Source: Candidatus Contendobacter sp. (GTDB lineage Bacteria > Pseudomonadota > Gammaproteobacteria > Competibacterales > Competibacteraceae). From it: a DNA stretch of 64,000 bases. Position numbers and translations under genes: made by a program. Shown here piece by piece: positions 1 to 11,286 of this stretch; positions within the stretch are counted from its first letter, which is position 1; every line of letters begins with the position of its first letter. The stretch covers positions 228-64,227 of the forward strand of contig JAVMKI010000081.1 of assembly GCA_031732755.1 (NCBI GenBank), written 5' to 3'. Under the pieces are notes generated by a model. That model was not told the DNA's origin. It saw nothing but the letters and a program-made list of their open reading frames with translations, and did not search any database.

Positions 1-1
1 T

Positions 2-2107
2 CTGGCCAGCGGCGGCGACAGTTTCGAAGCCCGACATCGCTGCAAGGACGGACGCATCCTCGATACACAAGTGACCGTGCGTGTGATCCGGCTGCGGGAT
101 CGGAATTATTTTCTCGGCATCTGGCGCGACATCACCGAGCGTAAAGCGGCGGAGGCGGCGCTGCGGGCGAGCAACGAATTTTTGAAAACGTTGCTCGATG
201 CCATCCCGGTGCCGATCTTCTACAAGGATTCGGCGGACCGCTACCTCGGCTGCAACCGGGCTTTCGAGGAATTCTTCGGCCAAAATCGGGAAGACATTAT
301 CGGCAAAACCGTGTTCGACATCGATCCCAAAGAGTTGGCTGAGGTTTACCATGCGCGGGATCTCGAACTTCTCCAACGGATGGGTTCGCAGATCTACGAA
401 ATCCAAGTCAAGGATGCCGGCGCCGCCGTCCACGATGTGGTTTTCCACAAGGCCACTTTTTCCAATGCCGATGGCAGTGGGGGCGGGTTCATCGGCGCGA
501 TTCTGGATATCACCGCGAACAAGGCGATGGAAGCGGCGCTACAGACGGCCAAGCAGCTTGCCGAAGCCGCCAGCGTGGCCAAGAGCGAATTCCTTGCCCA
601 CATGAGCCACGAAATCCGCACCCCGCTGAATGGCGTGTTGGGCCTGGCCCAGGTGCTGCGTCAGGAACCGCTCACGGCGAGCCAGCGTACCCTGGTCGAG
701 CACATCCAGGCCGCTGGCCAGTCCCTGCTGGTCCTCTTCAACGACATCCTGGATTTCTCCAGGATCGAGGCCGGCCAGCTCCGCGTGGATTCCCGGCCAT
801 TCATCCTCAACGAACCGCTAACCCAGATTGGGAACCTGCTGGGTCAGACCGCCCGGGCCAAGAAGCTCGAACTTCGCATCGCCCCGCCCACCGATCCGGT
901 GGGTCCACTGCTAGGCGACAGCGTGCGGCTGGAGCAGGTGCTGGTCAATCTGATCGGCAATGCCATCAAGTTCACCGAACGGGGCGAGGTGACGTTGACT
1001 GTCCAGGTGCGGGAAGCCACCACCACTACCGTGTGGCTGCGCTTCGAGGTGCGCGATACCGGTATCGGCATTCCCCTGGAGACTCTGCAACGTCTGTTCA
1101 CTCCCTTCACCCAGGGCGATACGGGCATCACCCGCCGATTCGGCGGCATCGGACTGGGCCTGGCGATCTGTCAGCGGTTGGTGGACCTGATGGGCGGGGT
1201 AATCCGCGCGGAGAGTCGGATCAACCATGGCAGCCGGTTCTGGTTCGAGTTGCCGTTCCTGCGCGCGGCGGAAGGCGGGCCGGTTTCCGAGCCCGATCCC
1301 GCGCGGATGCTCCCGACGGAACCCCGGTTGATGGGCCTGCGGGTGCTGGTGGTAGACGACGACGCGATCACCCGGAAAGTGGTCGAGCGGACTCTCAAAC
1401 GCGAAGGCGCGACGATCACCTTGGCGGCCGACGGCCAGCAGGCGATCCAACAAATCCAGGCCTGGCCCGAAGCCTTCGATGCGGTGTTGATGGACGTGCG
1501 GATGCCGGTGCTGGATGGCTTGGCCGCGACCCGGCTAATCCGCGTGGAGTTGGGTCTGACCGAACTCCCCATCTTCGCCTTTACCGCTGGAGCGCTGGCC
1601 AACCAGCAAGCAGCGGCGCGCGCGGCCGGATTCAATGATGTCCTGGCCAAGCCACTGGATTTGGAACAACTGACGACCGTGCTGTCGCCGTGGGTTCAAC
1701 CGAAGCCCGCCCCGCGGGTTGCCCCCTGCCCTGGCCTTCTCTCCCAAAAAGAGAGGGAGTCGGTTGCCGACATCCCAGCCATTGCACCGTGGCGCCCGCC
1801 GACCGACGCCGCGGCGTCCGTGAAGTCGGCGCTGTCGGCGGAACGCCCGGCGGTGGAAGCGCCAGGCACAACGCTTCGCCCCTTCGACAACGCCGCGCTG
1901 CAATCGAAGGCGCGCGCCTTGGTCGCCATGCTGAACACCGGCCAGGGCAAGGCCCGGAAGGTCAGCGCGGAGATCGAGGCGCTGCTGGCCGGGACCGATT
2001 TGCAACAGTCTTACGCCCCAATCGCTCATGCCATCGCCCGCCTTGATTTCGAAGCGGCGCTTGAGCACTTGCAAACACTCGCCCGCCACCATGATTGGCG
2101 GCTATGA
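2..2107 (+). CDS. Hybrid sensor histidine kinase/response regulator (PAS-PAS-HisKA-HATPase-REC), 5' partial
   Basis: H-box FLAHMSHEIRTPLNG, N-box VLVNLIGNAIKFT, G boxes DTGIGI and GGIGLGL, REC with LVVDDD / VLMDVRMP / AKP. The frame is open from base 2 (LASGGDSFEARHRCKDGRILD, a PAS C-terminus), so the gene starts upstream of the window. Confidence 0.92.
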   Translation: MASGGDSFEARHRCKDGRILDTQVTVRVIRLRDRNYFLGIWRDITERKAAEAALRASNEFLKTLLDAIPVPIFYKDSADRYLGCNRAFEEFFGQNREDIIGKTVFDIDPKELAEVYHARDLELLQRMGSQIYEIQVKDAGAAVHDVVFHKATFSNADGSGGGFIGAILDITANKAMEAALQTAKQLAEAASVAKSEFLAHMSHEIRTPLNGVLGLAQVLRQEPLTASQRTLVEHIQAAGQSLLVLFNDILDFSRIEAGQLRVDSRPFILNEPLTQIGNLLGQTARAKKLELRIAPPTDPVGPLLGDSVRLEQVLVNLIGNAIKFTERGEVTLTVQVREATTTTVWLRFEVRDTGIGIPLETLQRLFTPFTQGDTGITRRFGGIGLGLAICQRLVDLMGGVIRAESRINHGSRFWFELPFLRAAEGGPVSEPDPARMLPTEPRLMGLRVLVVDDDAITRKVVERTLKREGATITLAADGQQAIQQIQAWPEAFDAVLMDVRMPVLDGLAATRLIRVELGLTELPIFAFTAGALANQQAAARAAGFNDVLAKPLDLEQLTTVLSPWVQPKPAPRVAPCPGLLSQKERESVADIPAIAPWRPPTDAAASVKSALSAERPAVEAPGTTLRPFDNAALQSKARALVAMLNTGQGKARKVSAEIEALLAGTDLQQSYAPIAHAIARLDFEAALEHLQTLARHHDWRL
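1722..1760 (+). repeat. Short palindromic CCCTCTCCC..GAGAGGG-type element, copy A (in frame inside the kinase linker)
   Basis: ccccctgccctggccttctctcccaaaaagagagggagt; resembles the copies at 40610-40646 (-) and 45213-45255 (+). Confidence 0.5.
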
Positions 2108-2230
2108 TCCCCGCCGCCGCTCGGCGCGCTCGGTTGACCGAGCTATCGAGTTTCTGGGAGAAATCAGGTTAAACTGCCCGACCAGAAGCCATTGAGTGAC
2201 CTAGGCGCGGCGCTGTCTCGGCGACCGGTG

Positions 2231-2270
2231 AAAACAGGTCAAACCAGCCCAAACCAGCCCAAACCAGCTC
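2231..2270. repeat. 10-bp tandem repeat (aaaccagccc-like, 3-4 units)
   Basis: aaaacaggtc aaaccagccc aaaccagccc aaaccagctc, intergenic upstream of trpE. Confidence 0.8.
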
Positions 2271-2521
2271 ACCAAAGACCATCGAATGACCTATGGGAGG
2301 CTGGACAAGCGGTGAGCGGCACGGACAACCGGGGAGGCGGAGAAGTATTGTTTGAGGTCCAGAAGGTCTTGATTCGATTCAAATTGACCGCTTGGGTTAC
2401 CCGGCTGATCGCTCTGGTATCATCGGCCGTCGTTCCCGACTTCCGATGGCGCCGCTCAGCCTGACGTCATCCCGCGAGGCACCCTACTTTCCGTTTCCGT
2501 CGTTCAAGGCTGTTCCAACCC

Positions 2522-4024
2522 ATGAATCAGAATGAGTTCCAGCGCCTGGTTGAACAAGGCTTCAACCGTATTCCGGTCGCCCGCGAAGTCCTGGCCGACC
2601 TCGATACCCCGCTCAGCACCTATCTCAAATTGGCCGACGCCCCCTATAGCTACCTGCTGGAATCGGTGCAGGGCGGCGAAAAGTGGGGCCGCTACTCCAT
2701 CATCGGCCTGCCCTGCCGCAAGATCGTTCGGGTGCGCGGCCACCGCGTGACCGTCGAACACGCCGGCGAAATCGTCGAGGCGCTGGACTGCCCCGACCCG
2801 TTGGCCTGGATTCAGGAGTTCCAGAACCGCTATCGGGTGCCCGCCATGAGCGAGGGACTGCCGCGTTTCATCGGCGGACTGGTCGGTTACTTCGGTTATG
2901 ACACCATCCGCTACATCGAACCCAAGTTGGCGCACTGCCCCAATCCCGATCCGCTGGATAACCCGGACATCCTGCTGCTGGTGTCCGAAGACCTGGTGGT
3001 GTTCGACAACCTGGCCGGGCGGCTGTATCTGATCACCCTCGTGGATCCAGCGGTGGAGCGCGCCTATTCCCGCGCCCAGCAACGGCTGGACGACTGGAGC
3101 GAATTATTGCGCACCCCGCGCTCGCTCTATGCGCCGTACCGCTCCCATCCAGCGACGCGGGAGATCGAGTTTGTTTCCGGCTTCACCCAACAGGGTTTTG
3201 AAACCGCCGTCGAGCGGATCAAGGACTATATCCTGGCCGGCGATTGCATGCAGGTGGTGCCGTCGCAACGGTTGTCGGCGCCGTTTCGGGCCGCGCCGCT
3301 GGATTTGTACCGGGCGCTGCGCGGCCTGAATCCCTCGCCCTACATGTATTTCCTGCACCTGGGTGATTTCCACATCGTCGGCTCGTCGCCGGAAATCCTG
3401 ATGCGGCTGGAGGACGGCTTGCTGACCGTGCGCCCCATCGCCGGCACCCGCCAGCGCGGCGTGACCGAAGAGCAGGATCAAGCGCTGGAGGCGGAATTGC
3501 TGGCCGACCCCAAGGAACTGGCGGAACACTTGATGTTGATTGATCTGGGCCGCAACGACGTGGGCCGGGTCAGCGAGATCGGCAGCGTTCGCCTGACCGA
3601 GAAAATGGTGATCGAACGCTACTCGCATGTCATGCACATCGTCTCCAATGTGACCGGGCGGCTGCGTCCTGGTTTGACGGCGATGGATGCCCTGCGCGCC
3701 ACCTTCCCGGCGGGCACGGTCAGCGGCGCGCCCAAGATTCGCGCCATGGAGATCATCGACGAACTGGAACCGGTCAAGCGTGGCATTTACGCCGGCGCGG
3801 TCGGCTACCTGTCGTGGTCAGGCAACATGGACACCGCCATCGCCATCCGCACCGCCGTGCTCAAGGACGGGCTGCTGCACGTGCAGGCTGGAGCCGGCAT
3901 CGTGGCCGACTCCGTGCCGGAGAAAGAATGGGAAGAAACCATGAACAAGGGCCGCGCCCTGTTCCGCGCGGCAACGCTGGCCGAACGGGGGCTGGATGAG
4001 CCGAGGGGGGTTGGCGAGCCGTAG
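2522..4024 (+). CDS. trpE: Anthranilate synthase component I
   Basis: [70 protein letters not shown] motifs. Confidence 0.96.
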   Translation: MNQNEFQRLVEQGFNRIPVAREVLADLDTPLSTYLKLADAPYSYLLESVQGGEKWGRYSIIGLPCRKIVRVRGHRVTVEHAGEIVEALDCPDPLAWIQEFQNRYRVPAMSEGLPRFIGGLVGYFGYDTIRYIEPKLAHCPNPDPLDNPDILLLVSEDLVVFDNLAGRLYLITLVDPAVERAYSRAQQRLDDWSELLRTPRSLYAPYRSHPATREIEFVSGFTQQGFETAVERIKDYILAGDCMQVVPSQRLSAPFRAAPLDLYRALRGLNPSPYMYFLHLGDFHIVGSSPEILMRLEDGLLTVRPIAGTRQRGVTEEQDQALEAELLADPKELAEHLMLIDLGRNDVGRVSEIGSVRLTEKMVIERYSHVMHIVSNVTGRLRPGLTAMDALRATFPAGTVSGAPKIRAMEIIDELEPVKRGIYAGAVGYLSWSGNMDTAIAIRTAVLKDGLLHVQAGAGIVADSVPEKEWEETMNKGRALFRAATLAERGLDEPRGVGEP

Positions 4025-4034
4025 CGCGTTGCGT

Positions 4035-4397
4035 TCAGGCGAACAAAATCAGCAGCCACACCACCCCGGCGTTGAGCAGCGCCACGAATACCGCCGCCGA
4101 GCCGATATCCTTGGCCCGGCCCGACAATTCGTGGCGTTCCGGCCCGATGCGATCAATGGCGGCCTCGATGCCGGTATTGAGCAGTTCGACGATCACGATC
4201 AGCAACAGACTGCCGATCAGTAGCACCCGCTCCACGGCGGAGTCACCCAGCCACAACGCCAGCGGCGCGAGCGCGGCGCATAGCAGCGCCTCCTGTCGAA
4301 ACGCTTCCTCGTTGCGCCAGGCCGCTTTCAATCCCGCCCAGGAATAGCCGGTGGCGTTGACCAACCGGCGCCAACCCTTGTGTTGCTGAAAACCCAT
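4035..4397 (-). CDS. dgkA: Prokaryotic diacylglycerol kinase
   Basis: ATGYSWAGLKAAWRNEEAFRQE, ELLNTGIEAAIDRIG, HELSGRAKDIGSAAV. Confidence 0.95.
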   Translation of the reverse strand: MGFQQHKGWRRLVNATGYSWAGLKAAWRNEEAFRQEALLCAALAPLALWLGDSAVERVLLIGSLLLIVIVELLNTGIEAAIDRIGPERHELSGRAKDIGSAAVFVALLNAGVVWLLILFA

Positions 4398-4403
4398 CGT
4401 GAA

Positions 4404-5861
4404 TCAGGCCTCGGCGACTGGCCGCCAGGCCAGGTCCATGTCGCGGGCGGCCCGCACCTCGTCCAGTCGCCGCACCGGGCGGTGGTGCGGCGCGCCCTTG
4501 ACCCAGTCGGGGTCAGTCTCGGCTTCCCGCTGAATTTGCGCCATGGCCGCCACAAACGCGTCCAACTCTTCCTTGCACTCGGTTTCGGTCGGCTCGATCA
4601 GCAGGCATTCCGGCACCAACAGCGGAAAATACGTGGTCGGTGCGTGGAAGCCGAGATCGAGCAACCGCTTGGCGAAATCCATCGCGGTGACGCCCAGCGT
4701 TTTGGCCTGGCGCTTGAGGGTGAGGATGAATTCATGACTGGCCCGCCGCTGCGGAAAAGCGGGATCGAAGCCTACTTGCGCCAGTTCCGCCATCAGATAG
4801 TTGGCGTTCAGGGCGGAATATTCGGCGACTCGGCCCATGCCGGCGCGGCCCAGCATCCGAGCGTAGACGTAGGCGCGCAGCAGCACCCCGGCGTTGCCCA
4901 TGAATGCCGACAGCCGGCCGATGCTCTGGGGTCGGTCGGCTTCGCTCAGCCAGCGGTAGCGGTCACCGTCCCGGCCCACGATGGGAATCGGCAGGAACGG
5001 CGCCAGCCGAACGTTGGCCGCCACCGGCCCCGCGCCGGGACCGCCGCCGCCGTGTGGAGTGGCGAAGGTCTTGTGCAGATTCATGTGCATCACGTCGAAG
5101 CCCATGTCACCAGGCCGCGCCTTGCCGAGAATGGCGTTGAGGTTAGCGCCATCGTAATAGAGCAGGCCGCCGCCGGCGTGGACGATGGCGGCGATTTCCG
5201 CGATGTTCCGCTCGAACACGCCCAGGGTCGATGGATTGGTCAGCATCAGTCCAGCGGTTTGCGGTCCAACCGCCTGGCGCAGGGCGGCGAGGTCCACATC
5301 ACCGTGCATGTCGGTGGGAATTTCCCGGACCGTGAATCCGCACATGATGGCGGTGGCCGGATTGGTGCCGTGCGCGGCGTCGGGAACCAGCACTTCGCGG
5401 CGGGCATGGTCGCCGCGGGCGACGTGATAGGCGCGAATCATCGCCATCCCGGCGAATTCGCCCTGCGCCCCGGCCATCGGCGTCAGCGAGACCGCCTGCA
5501 TCCCCGTGACTTCCCGCAATATCTCCTGCAATTCGTGCAAGCAGGCGAGAAAACCCTGGCTGACCGACTCCGGAGTCAGGGGGTGGCGGGCGAGAAAACC
5601 GGGCAGCGAGGCCAGCCGATGGCAGGCCCGCGGGTTGTACTTCATGGTGCAGGAGCCCAGCGGGTAGAAGTGGGTGTCGATGGAGAAATTCTTTTGCGAC
5701 AGCCGAGTGTAATGGCGTACCGCCTGAAGTTCGGACACTTCCGGCAACGGCGCGGCGCGACGGCGACGCAGCGCCTCGGGAAGGTCGGACAGAGCATCAT
5801 CAGGCACGGTGGCGGGAACAACCGCGCGACGGCCGGGACGGGACTGGTCGAAGATCAGCAT
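4404..5861 (-). CDS. gcvPB: Glycine dehydrogenase (decarboxylating) subunit 2
   Basis: MLIFDQS start, [25 protein letters not shown] lysine motif [18 protein letters not shown]. Confidence 0.95.
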   Translation of the reverse strand: MLIFDQSRPGRRAVVPATVPDDALSDLPEALRRRRAAPLPEVSELQAVRHYTRLSQKNFSIDTHFYPLGSCTMKYNPRACHRLASLPGFLARHPLTPESVSQGFLACLHELQEILREVTGMQAVSLTPMAGAQGEFAGMAMIRAYHVARGDHARREVLVPDAAHGTNPATAIMCGFTVREIPTDMHGDVDLAALRQAVGPQTAGLMLTNPSTLGVFERNIAEIAAIVHAGGGLLYYDGANLNAILGKARPGDMGFDVMHMNLHKTFATPHGGGGPGAGPVAANVRLAPFLPIPIVGRDGDRYRWLSEADRPQSIGRLSAFMGNAGVLLRAYVYARMLGRAGMGRVAEYSALNANYLMAELAQVGFDPAFPQRRASHEFILTLKRQAKTLGVTAMDFAKRLLDLGFHAPTTYFPLLVPECLLIEPTETECKEELDAFVAAMAQIQREAETDPDWVKGAPHHRPVRRLDEVRAARDMDLAWRPVAEA

Positions 5862-5868
5862 GGGTGGA

Positions 5869-6369
5869 TTACTTCAGCGCCGCCAGCGCCGCCTCGTAAT
5901 GCGGTTCCTGAGCGATTTCCGGAACCAGTTCGGCGTGACGCACCTGATTGTTGGCATCCAGCACGACCACGGCGCGGGCGGTCAGGCCGGCCAGCGGTCC
6001 GTCTTCCAGCAAAACGCCGTAATCCTTGGCGAATTTGCGGGAGCGCATCATAGACAGGGTGATGACGTTGCTCAGCCCCTCATTGCCGCAGAACCGTTTC
6101 TGAGCGAACGGCAGGTCGGCGGAAATCACCAGGAGCACGGTATCGGGATGGGTCTTGGCGTATTCGCTGAACTTGCGGGTGGACAGCGCGCACACCGAGG
6201 TGTCAAGGCTGGGGACGATATTGAGTAATTTCCGCTTGCCGGCGAAATCGGCCAGGGTGACATCCTTCAGTTCGGCGGTCACCAGTTTGAAATCGGGAGC
6301 GGGTTCGCCAACGGTCGGCAGGTTGCCATTGGTGTTGATTGGGTTGCCTTTGAAAGTCAGGGTCGCCAT
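5869..6369 (-). CDS. tpx: Thiol peroxidase (atypical 2-Cys peroxiredoxin)
   Basis: [44 protein letters not shown]. Confidence 0.95.
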   Translation of the reverse strand: MATLTFKGNPINTNGNLPTVGEPAPDFKLVTAELKDVTLADFAGKRKLLNIVPSLDTSVCALSTRKFSEYAKTHPDTVLLVISADLPFAQKRFCGNEGLSNVITLSMMRSRKFAKDYGVLLEDGPLAGLTARAVVVLDANNQVRHAELVPEIAQEPHYEAALAALK

Positions 6370-6602
6370 GAAGTAGTACCTCCAAGGGTGGGTCGGCGCG
6401 ATGGGTCAACGGAGATTTCACATTTTGGTAGAGAACACCAGAGGGGTAAAGTTTCTTTCGTTGAAAACGACCGCCAACCCAGCGAATATGATTCTTCCAC
6501 TGATCCTGCGTGCGGAGTGAGCTTCCAAGACAGGGTTGCCTGATCACAAGCAGCCAAAGCATTACGCCATTGCTTTTTCAAGGTTCGACTACCTCTATTG
6601 CC

Positions 6603-8915
6603 ATGACCATTATTCAAACTCTCGCTCGCGAACTCGGCGTCCGCGAATCCCAGATCGAGGCCGCCGTCGTCCTGCTGGACGGCGGCGCCACCGTGCCGTT
6701 CATTGCCCGCTACCGCAAGGAAGCCACCGGCAGCCTCGACGACACGCAATTGCGCCTGCTAGAAGAGCGCCTTGGCTACCTGCGCGAATTGGAAGAACGG
6801 CGCGGCGTCATTCTCGCCAGCATCCGCGAACAGAACCAACTGACCACCGAATTGGAAACCGCCATCCTAGCTGCCGATACCAAAACCCGGCTGGAAGACT
6901 TGTATCTGCCCTACAAGCCCAAGCGCCGCACCAAGGCGCAAATCGCCCGCGAAGCAGGTCTGGCGCCACTCGCTCACGGTCTGTTGGACGATCCGACCCA
7001 GGCGCCGGAAACGTTGGCCGCCGGCTTGGTTGATCCCGAACGCGGCGTGCCCGACGCGAAGGCGGCGCTGGACGGCGCGCGGCAAATCCTGATGGAGGAA
7101 TTCGCCGAAAACGCGGAACTGCTGACCCAGTTGCGGGAATATTTATGGGACAACGCCGTGCTCCATTCACAGATGGTCGAGGGCAAGGCCGAGGAAGGGG
7201 CCAAGTTCCGCGACTATTTCGATTATCGGGAGGCTCTGCGTCAGATTCCCTCGCATCGCGCCCTGGCGCTGTTTCGAGGCCGTAACGAGGACATCTTGCA
7301 ACTCACGCTGGAAATCGGCGATCCCGCCGCGCCCGGCCCCGATCCTGGCGAACGGTTGGTCGCCGCCCGGTTTGGCATCCGCGACGAGGGCCGGCCCGCC
7401 GATGCCTGGCTGCGGGAAACCGCCCGTTGGGCCTGGAAGGTCAAATTGCTGCCGCATCTGGAGACCGAACTCAAACAGCGTCTGCGTGAGGCGGCCGAGG
7501 AGGAAGCGATCCAGGTGTTCGCCCGCAACTTGCGCGACTTGCTGTTGGCCGCGCCGGCGGGTGCCCGGCCCACGCTGGGGCTGGACCCTGGCCTGCGCAC
7601 CGGCGTCAAGGTGGCAGTGATCGACGCGACCGGCAAGCTGGTGGACACCGCGACGATTTATCCACACGTTCCGCGCAACCAGTGGGACGATAGTTTGCAT
7701 GTGCTGGCCGAATTGTGCCGTCGGCATCGTGTCGAGTTGATCAGTATCGGTAACGGCACCGCCTCGCGCGAAACCGACCGGCTGGCGACCGAGTTGATCC
7801 AGCGTCATCCCGAACTGGGTTTGCGCAAGCTGGTGGTGTCGGAAGCGGGGGCTTCGGTCTACTCCGCCTCGGAACTGGCGGCGCGCGAATTTCCCGACGT
7901 GGATGTGTCACTGCGCGGCGCGGTGTCCATCGCCCGCCGTCTGCAAGATCCGCTGGCGGAACTGGTCAAGATCGAACCCAAGGCCATCGGCGTCGGCCAG
8001 TATCAGCACGATGTCAGCCAAACTCGGTTGGCGCGAACGCTGGACGCGGTGGTCGAGGATTGCGTGAACGCGGTCGGGGTGGAGGTCAATACCGCCTCCG
8101 CGCCGCTGTTGGCGCGAGTGGCCGGTTTAAACGCAACCCTGGCCCGTAACATCGTTGAACACCGCGACGCCAACGGTCCGTTCCGGCGGCGCGAGCAATT
8201 GCTGAAGGTGACGCGGCTAGGCGACAAGACCTTCGAGCAGGCCGCCGGCTTCTTGCGGATTCTCGGCGGCGACAATCCGCTGGACCGTTCCGCCGTTCAC
8301 CCGGAAGCCTATCCAGTGGTCGAGCGTATCCTCGCCGCCAGTGGACGCGGCTTGCACGAGGTGTTGGGTAATACAGCGTTTCTCAAAACGCTGGAGCCCA
8401 CCCGCTTCGCCGATGACCGGTTTGGTTCACCGACCGTGCGCGATATTTTGGTGGAACTGGAAAAGCCGGGGCGCGACCCCCGACCGGAGTTCAAGACCGC
8501 CACGTTCAAGGATGGCGTGGAGAAATTGACCGATTTACAGCCGGGGATGGTGTTGGAAGGCGTGGTGACCAACGTCGCCAATTTCGGCGCTTTTGTGGAC
8601 ATCGGCGTCCATCAGGACGGATTGGTGCATGTGTCGGCGCTAGCGGATCGCTTTGTCAAAGACCCGCGCGAGGTGGTGAAAGCGGGTCAGGTGGTGAAGG
8701 TTAAGGTGCTGGAAGTCGACCTGAAGCGGCAGCGAATCGCCTTGACGATGCGACTGAACGAAGCCGTGACCAGCGCTCCGGCCCGAAAAGCGGAGAACGC
8801 ACAGCGACCAGAGCGGCGGGAACGGGGACCGCGCCCGCCATCGCCGTCGGAAAAACTGGAGAATCGTCCGGGCGCGTTGGCCGAAGCGTTCGCGCGGGCG
8901 CGACGGGAACGGTGA
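6603..8915 (+). CDS. tex: Tex-family RNA-binding transcriptional accessory protein (C-terminal S1 domain)
   Basis: [45 protein letters not shown]1 domain [26 protein letters not shown]. Start moved to the ATG at 6603. Confidence 0.95.
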   Translation: MTIIQTLARELGVRESQIEAAVVLLDGGATVPFIARYRKEATGSLDDTQLRLLEERLGYLRELEERRGVILASIREQNQLTTELETAILAADTKTRLEDLYLPYKPKRRTKAQIAREAGLAPLAHGLLDDPTQAPETLAAGLVDPERGVPDAKAALDGARQILMEEFAENAELLTQLREYLWDNAVLHSQMVEGKAEEGAKFRDYFDYREALRQIPSHRALALFRGRNEDILQLTLEIGDPAAPGPDPGERLVAARFGIRDEGRPADAWLRETARWAWKVKLLPHLETELKQRLREAAEEEAIQVFARNLRDLLLAAPAGARPTLGLDPGLRTGVKVAVIDATGKLVDTATIYPHVPRNQWDDSLHVLAELCRRHRVELISIGNGTASRETDRLATELIQRHPELGLRKLVVSEAGASVYSASELAAREFPDVDVSLRGAVSIARRLQDPLAELVKIEPKAIGVGQYQHDVSQTRLARTLDAVVEDCVNAVGVEVNTASAPLLARVAGLNATLARNIVEHRDANGPFRRREQLLKVTRLGDKTFEQAAGFLRILGGDNPLDRSAVHPEAYPVVERILAASGRGLHEVLGNTAFLKTLEPTRFADDRFGSPTVRDILVELEKPGRDPRPEFKTATFKDGVEKLTDLQPGMVLEGVVTNVANFGAFVDIGVHQDGLVHVSALADRFVKDPREVVKAGQVVKVKVLEVDLKRQRIALTMRLNEAVTSAPARKAENAQRPERRERGPRPPSPSEKLENRPGALAEAFARARRER

Positions 8916-8925
8916 AGGGTCGACA

Positions 8926-9660
8926 ATGAACACGCCTTCTCAAGCCTTGCCGCTGCGCGATCAAGTGGCGTTTATCACCGGCGGTGGTCGGGGGATTGGC
9001 GCGGCGACCGCCGAGGCTCTGGCGCGCAAGGGCGCGCGGGTGATCGTCGCCAGCCGCACCGAGGCGGAACTGACGGCCATCGTCGCCCAACTTCGGGCCG
9101 CCGGGCTGGACGCGGCCTCGATCACCCTGGATGTCGCCGACGAAGCGGCGGTGGAAGCGGCCTTCGCGCGCATCGCCGCCGAGCAAGGTCGGCTGGACAT
9201 TCTGGTCAATAACGCTGCCATTCTGTTGAGCGGCCCATTCGCCGAGATAGCGATGACGGACTGGGATCGGGTGCTGGCGATCAACCTGCGGGGGGCGGTA
9301 CTATGCGCGCGGCAGGCGTTCCGGCGGATGCAAGAACGGGGTGGCGCCATCGTCAACGTGTCGTCATTGGGCGGGGTGCCGGGAACCGAGAAATTCCCCG
9401 GTTACGCCGCCTACACCGTCAGCAAGTTTGCCCTGACCGGCTTGACCGAAGCATTGGCCGCCGAAGGCAGGGAGCACCGCATCCGGGTCAACGCGGTGGC
9501 ACCGGGCGCGGTGGATACCGTCATGCTGCGTCGGGCCGCGCCGCATTTGCGCACCCGTACCGGCCCCGCCGACGTGGCCAAAATCATCGCCTTCCTGTGC
9601 GATTCAGCCGAGTCTGGCTGCATGACCGGCGCGACACTGGCGATCAACAGCAACCTTTGA
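8926..9660 (+). CDS. Short-chain dehydrogenase/reductase (SDR)
   Basis: TGGGRGIG, LVNNAA, catalytic YxxxK (YTVSK), RVNAVAPG. Confidence 0.9.
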   Translation: MNTPSQALPLRDQVAFITGGGRGIGAATAEALARKGARVIVASRTEAELTAIVAQLRAAGLDAASITLDVADEAAVEAAFARIAAEQGRLDILVNNAAILLSGPFAEIAMTDWDRVLAINLRGAVLCARQAFRRMQERGGAIVNVSSLGGVPGTEKFPGYAAYTVSKFALTGLTEALAAEGREHRIRVNAVAPGAVDTVMLRRAAPHLRTRTGPADVAKIIAFLCDSAESGCMTGATLAINSNL

Positions 9661-9680
9661 ACCAACTGGTGGCAGTGGCG

Positions 9681-10439
9681 TTACCGTTCCCCGCTGGCCA
9701 CCGTCGTCTGGGCCTCGCGGCGCCGGCGCAGCATCAACCGCGAGATCAATATGCCAGCTTCAAACAGCATCCACATTGGCAACGCCAGCAGAGTCTGTGA
9801 AATGACGTCCGGCATGAGCAACATGCCGATGACGAACGTGCCGACGATGACATAAGACCGCTTCGCGGCCATGGCCTCGGGCGAGAGGATGTTGGCCAAT
9901 GACAGGATGACCGTGGCGACCGGCACCTCGAACGCCACGCCGAAGGCGAAGAAGATCATCATCACGAAATCAAGATAGCGGTTGATATCGGTCATCACCG
10001 CCACGCCTTCCGGCGCGGTGGCGGTGATGAAGGCGAAGAAAATCGGCATGATCGCGAAGTACGCGAAGGCCATGCCGCAATAAAACAACAGCGTGCTCGA
10101 TATCAGGATGGGCAAGACCATCCGCTTTTCCCGTTGGTACAGCCCTGGCGCGACGAAGGCCCAGACCTGATAGAGAATCCACGGGACGGTGATGAATACC
10201 GCCAGGATCAGGGTGAACTTGAGCGGCGTCAAAAACGGCGACAGCACGTCAATCGCGATCATGCTGCTTTGCGCCGACATGTGTCGGGTCAAGGGACCGG
10301 CCAGCGTGGTATAGATCGGGTTGGAGAACGGCGACAGCGCCACGAACACCACCAGAACGCCACCGACCATGCGCAGCAATCGGGTGCGTAGTTCGATCAG
10401 ATGGCTGATGAACGGCTGTTCACGATCGGGATTGGACAC
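9681..10439 (-). CDS. tatC: Twin-arginine translocase subunit TatC
   Basis: PFISHLIELRTRL, SPFLTPLK, WAFVAPGLYQREK, FEVPV; multi-TM; downstream of tatAB. Confidence 0.96.
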   Translation of the reverse strand: MSNPDREQPFISHLIELRTRLLRMVGGVLVVFVALSPFSNPIYTTLAGPLTRHMSAQSSMIAIDVLSPFLTPLKFTLILAVFITVPWILYQVWAFVAPGLYQREKRMVLPILISSTLLFYCGMAFAYFAIMPIFFAFITATAPEGVAVMTDINRYLDFVMMIFFAFGVAFEVPVATVILSLANILSPEAMAAKRSYVIVGTFVIGMLLMPDVISQTLLALPMWMLFEAGILISRLMLRRRREAQTTVASGER

Positions 10440-10442
10440 GGA

Positions 10443-10985
10443 TTATCCGTTCGTGGCTGGGGGAGAGGGAGATGGCGGTATGGTACCGGCCTCGCTCGGC
10501 GTCGGCGGCGGAGATAACGCGGCGACGACTGGGGCTGGAGTTGCTGGGGTCGGCGGTGTCTCCAGTGTCCGTGGGGCGGACGGATCCGGCTTTTGCAACT
10601 GCACGGACGCGGGCGCGGGTGGCTCCGGGTTCGAGACCGGCGGAGTCCAACCCGGCGGTGGCGGCGCGGCGGTGGGCATCCCCGGCTGCCAGCCCGGCGG
10701 CGGGCCGGGATCGTCGAATTCTTCCTCGACCTCCCGGCGGAATGATTGCACCTGATCGGTGAGGTCCTTCACCGCACCGATACTGGCCTGTTGACGCAGC
10801 GACTGCTTGATTTCTTCCAGGTGCAGTTCCCGATCCACTTCCGCCTTCATCTCGGCGATCATGCGGCGAGCCTTGCCCAGCCAGAAACCCGCCTTGCGGG
10901 CCAACCCCGGCAATTGTTCGGGGCCGACCACGATCAACGCCACAACGCCGACCATGACCAGTTCCCAAAAGCCGATTTCGAACAT
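10443..10985 (-). CDS. tatB: Twin-arginine translocase subunit TatB
   Basis: MFEIGFWELVMVGVVALIVVGPEQLP followed by an amphipathic helix and a Pro-rich tail. Confidence 0.95.
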   Translation of the reverse strand: MFEIGFWELVMVGVVALIVVGPEQLPGLARKAGFWLGKARRMIAEMKAEVDRELHLEEIKQSLRQQASIGAVKDLTDQVQSFRREVEEEFDDPGPPPGWQPGMPTAAPPPPGWTPPVSNPEPPAPASVQLQKPDPSAPRTLETPPTPATPAPVVAALSPPPTPSEAGTIPPSPSPPATNG

Positions 10986-11003
10986 GGGAGCGTGGTCCGA
11001 AAT

Positions 11004-11255
11004 CTAGATCTTTTGGCGGTCCTTGGCCAAGGGATCGCGAGCGACGGGATCGCCAGCACGCTCTTGAGTTCCCACCTGTTCGAGCTTCTTGGGGTTCTCC
11101 TCCATGGTTTCCGGCTTGCCGCCTTCCTTCATGGCGTCGCGGAACCCGCGAATGGCGGAGCCAAGATCGGAGCCGAGGTTGCGCAGCCGGCTACCGCCGA
11201 ACAGCACAAGGACAATGACCAGAATGAGCAATAATTCCCAAATACTGAAATGCAT
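11004..11255 (-). CDS. tatA: Twin-arginine translocase subunit TatA
   Basis: SIWELLLILVIVLVLFGGSRLRNLGSDLGSAIRGF. Confidence 0.95.
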   Translation of the reverse strand: MHFSIWELLLILVIVLVLFGGSRLRNLGSDLGSAIRGFRDAMKEGGKPETMEENPKKLEQVGTQERAGDPVARDPLAKDRQKI

Positions 11256-11286
11256 GACAGGTTGCCTCGCAAGTGGGGGCGGCGCC

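Noticed and set aside
4380-6053. 557-aa plus-strand ORF, and similar long shadow ORFs (18488-20020, 39958-41607, 43590-45947, 49034-50353, 56528-57832)
   Set aside because: They overlap well-supported genes antisense or in an alternate frame, have no recognisable motifs, and are expected from stop-codon scarcity in high-GC DNA.
6370-6602. Possible glycine riboswitch upstream of tpx-gcvPB
   Set aside because: I could not find the conserved CTCTCAGG / GCCGAAG aptamer elements on the minus strand.
10443-10720. Pro-rich TatB tail with two PPPGW motifs
   Set aside because: Low-complexity TatB tails are common and variable; no evidence of a separate function.
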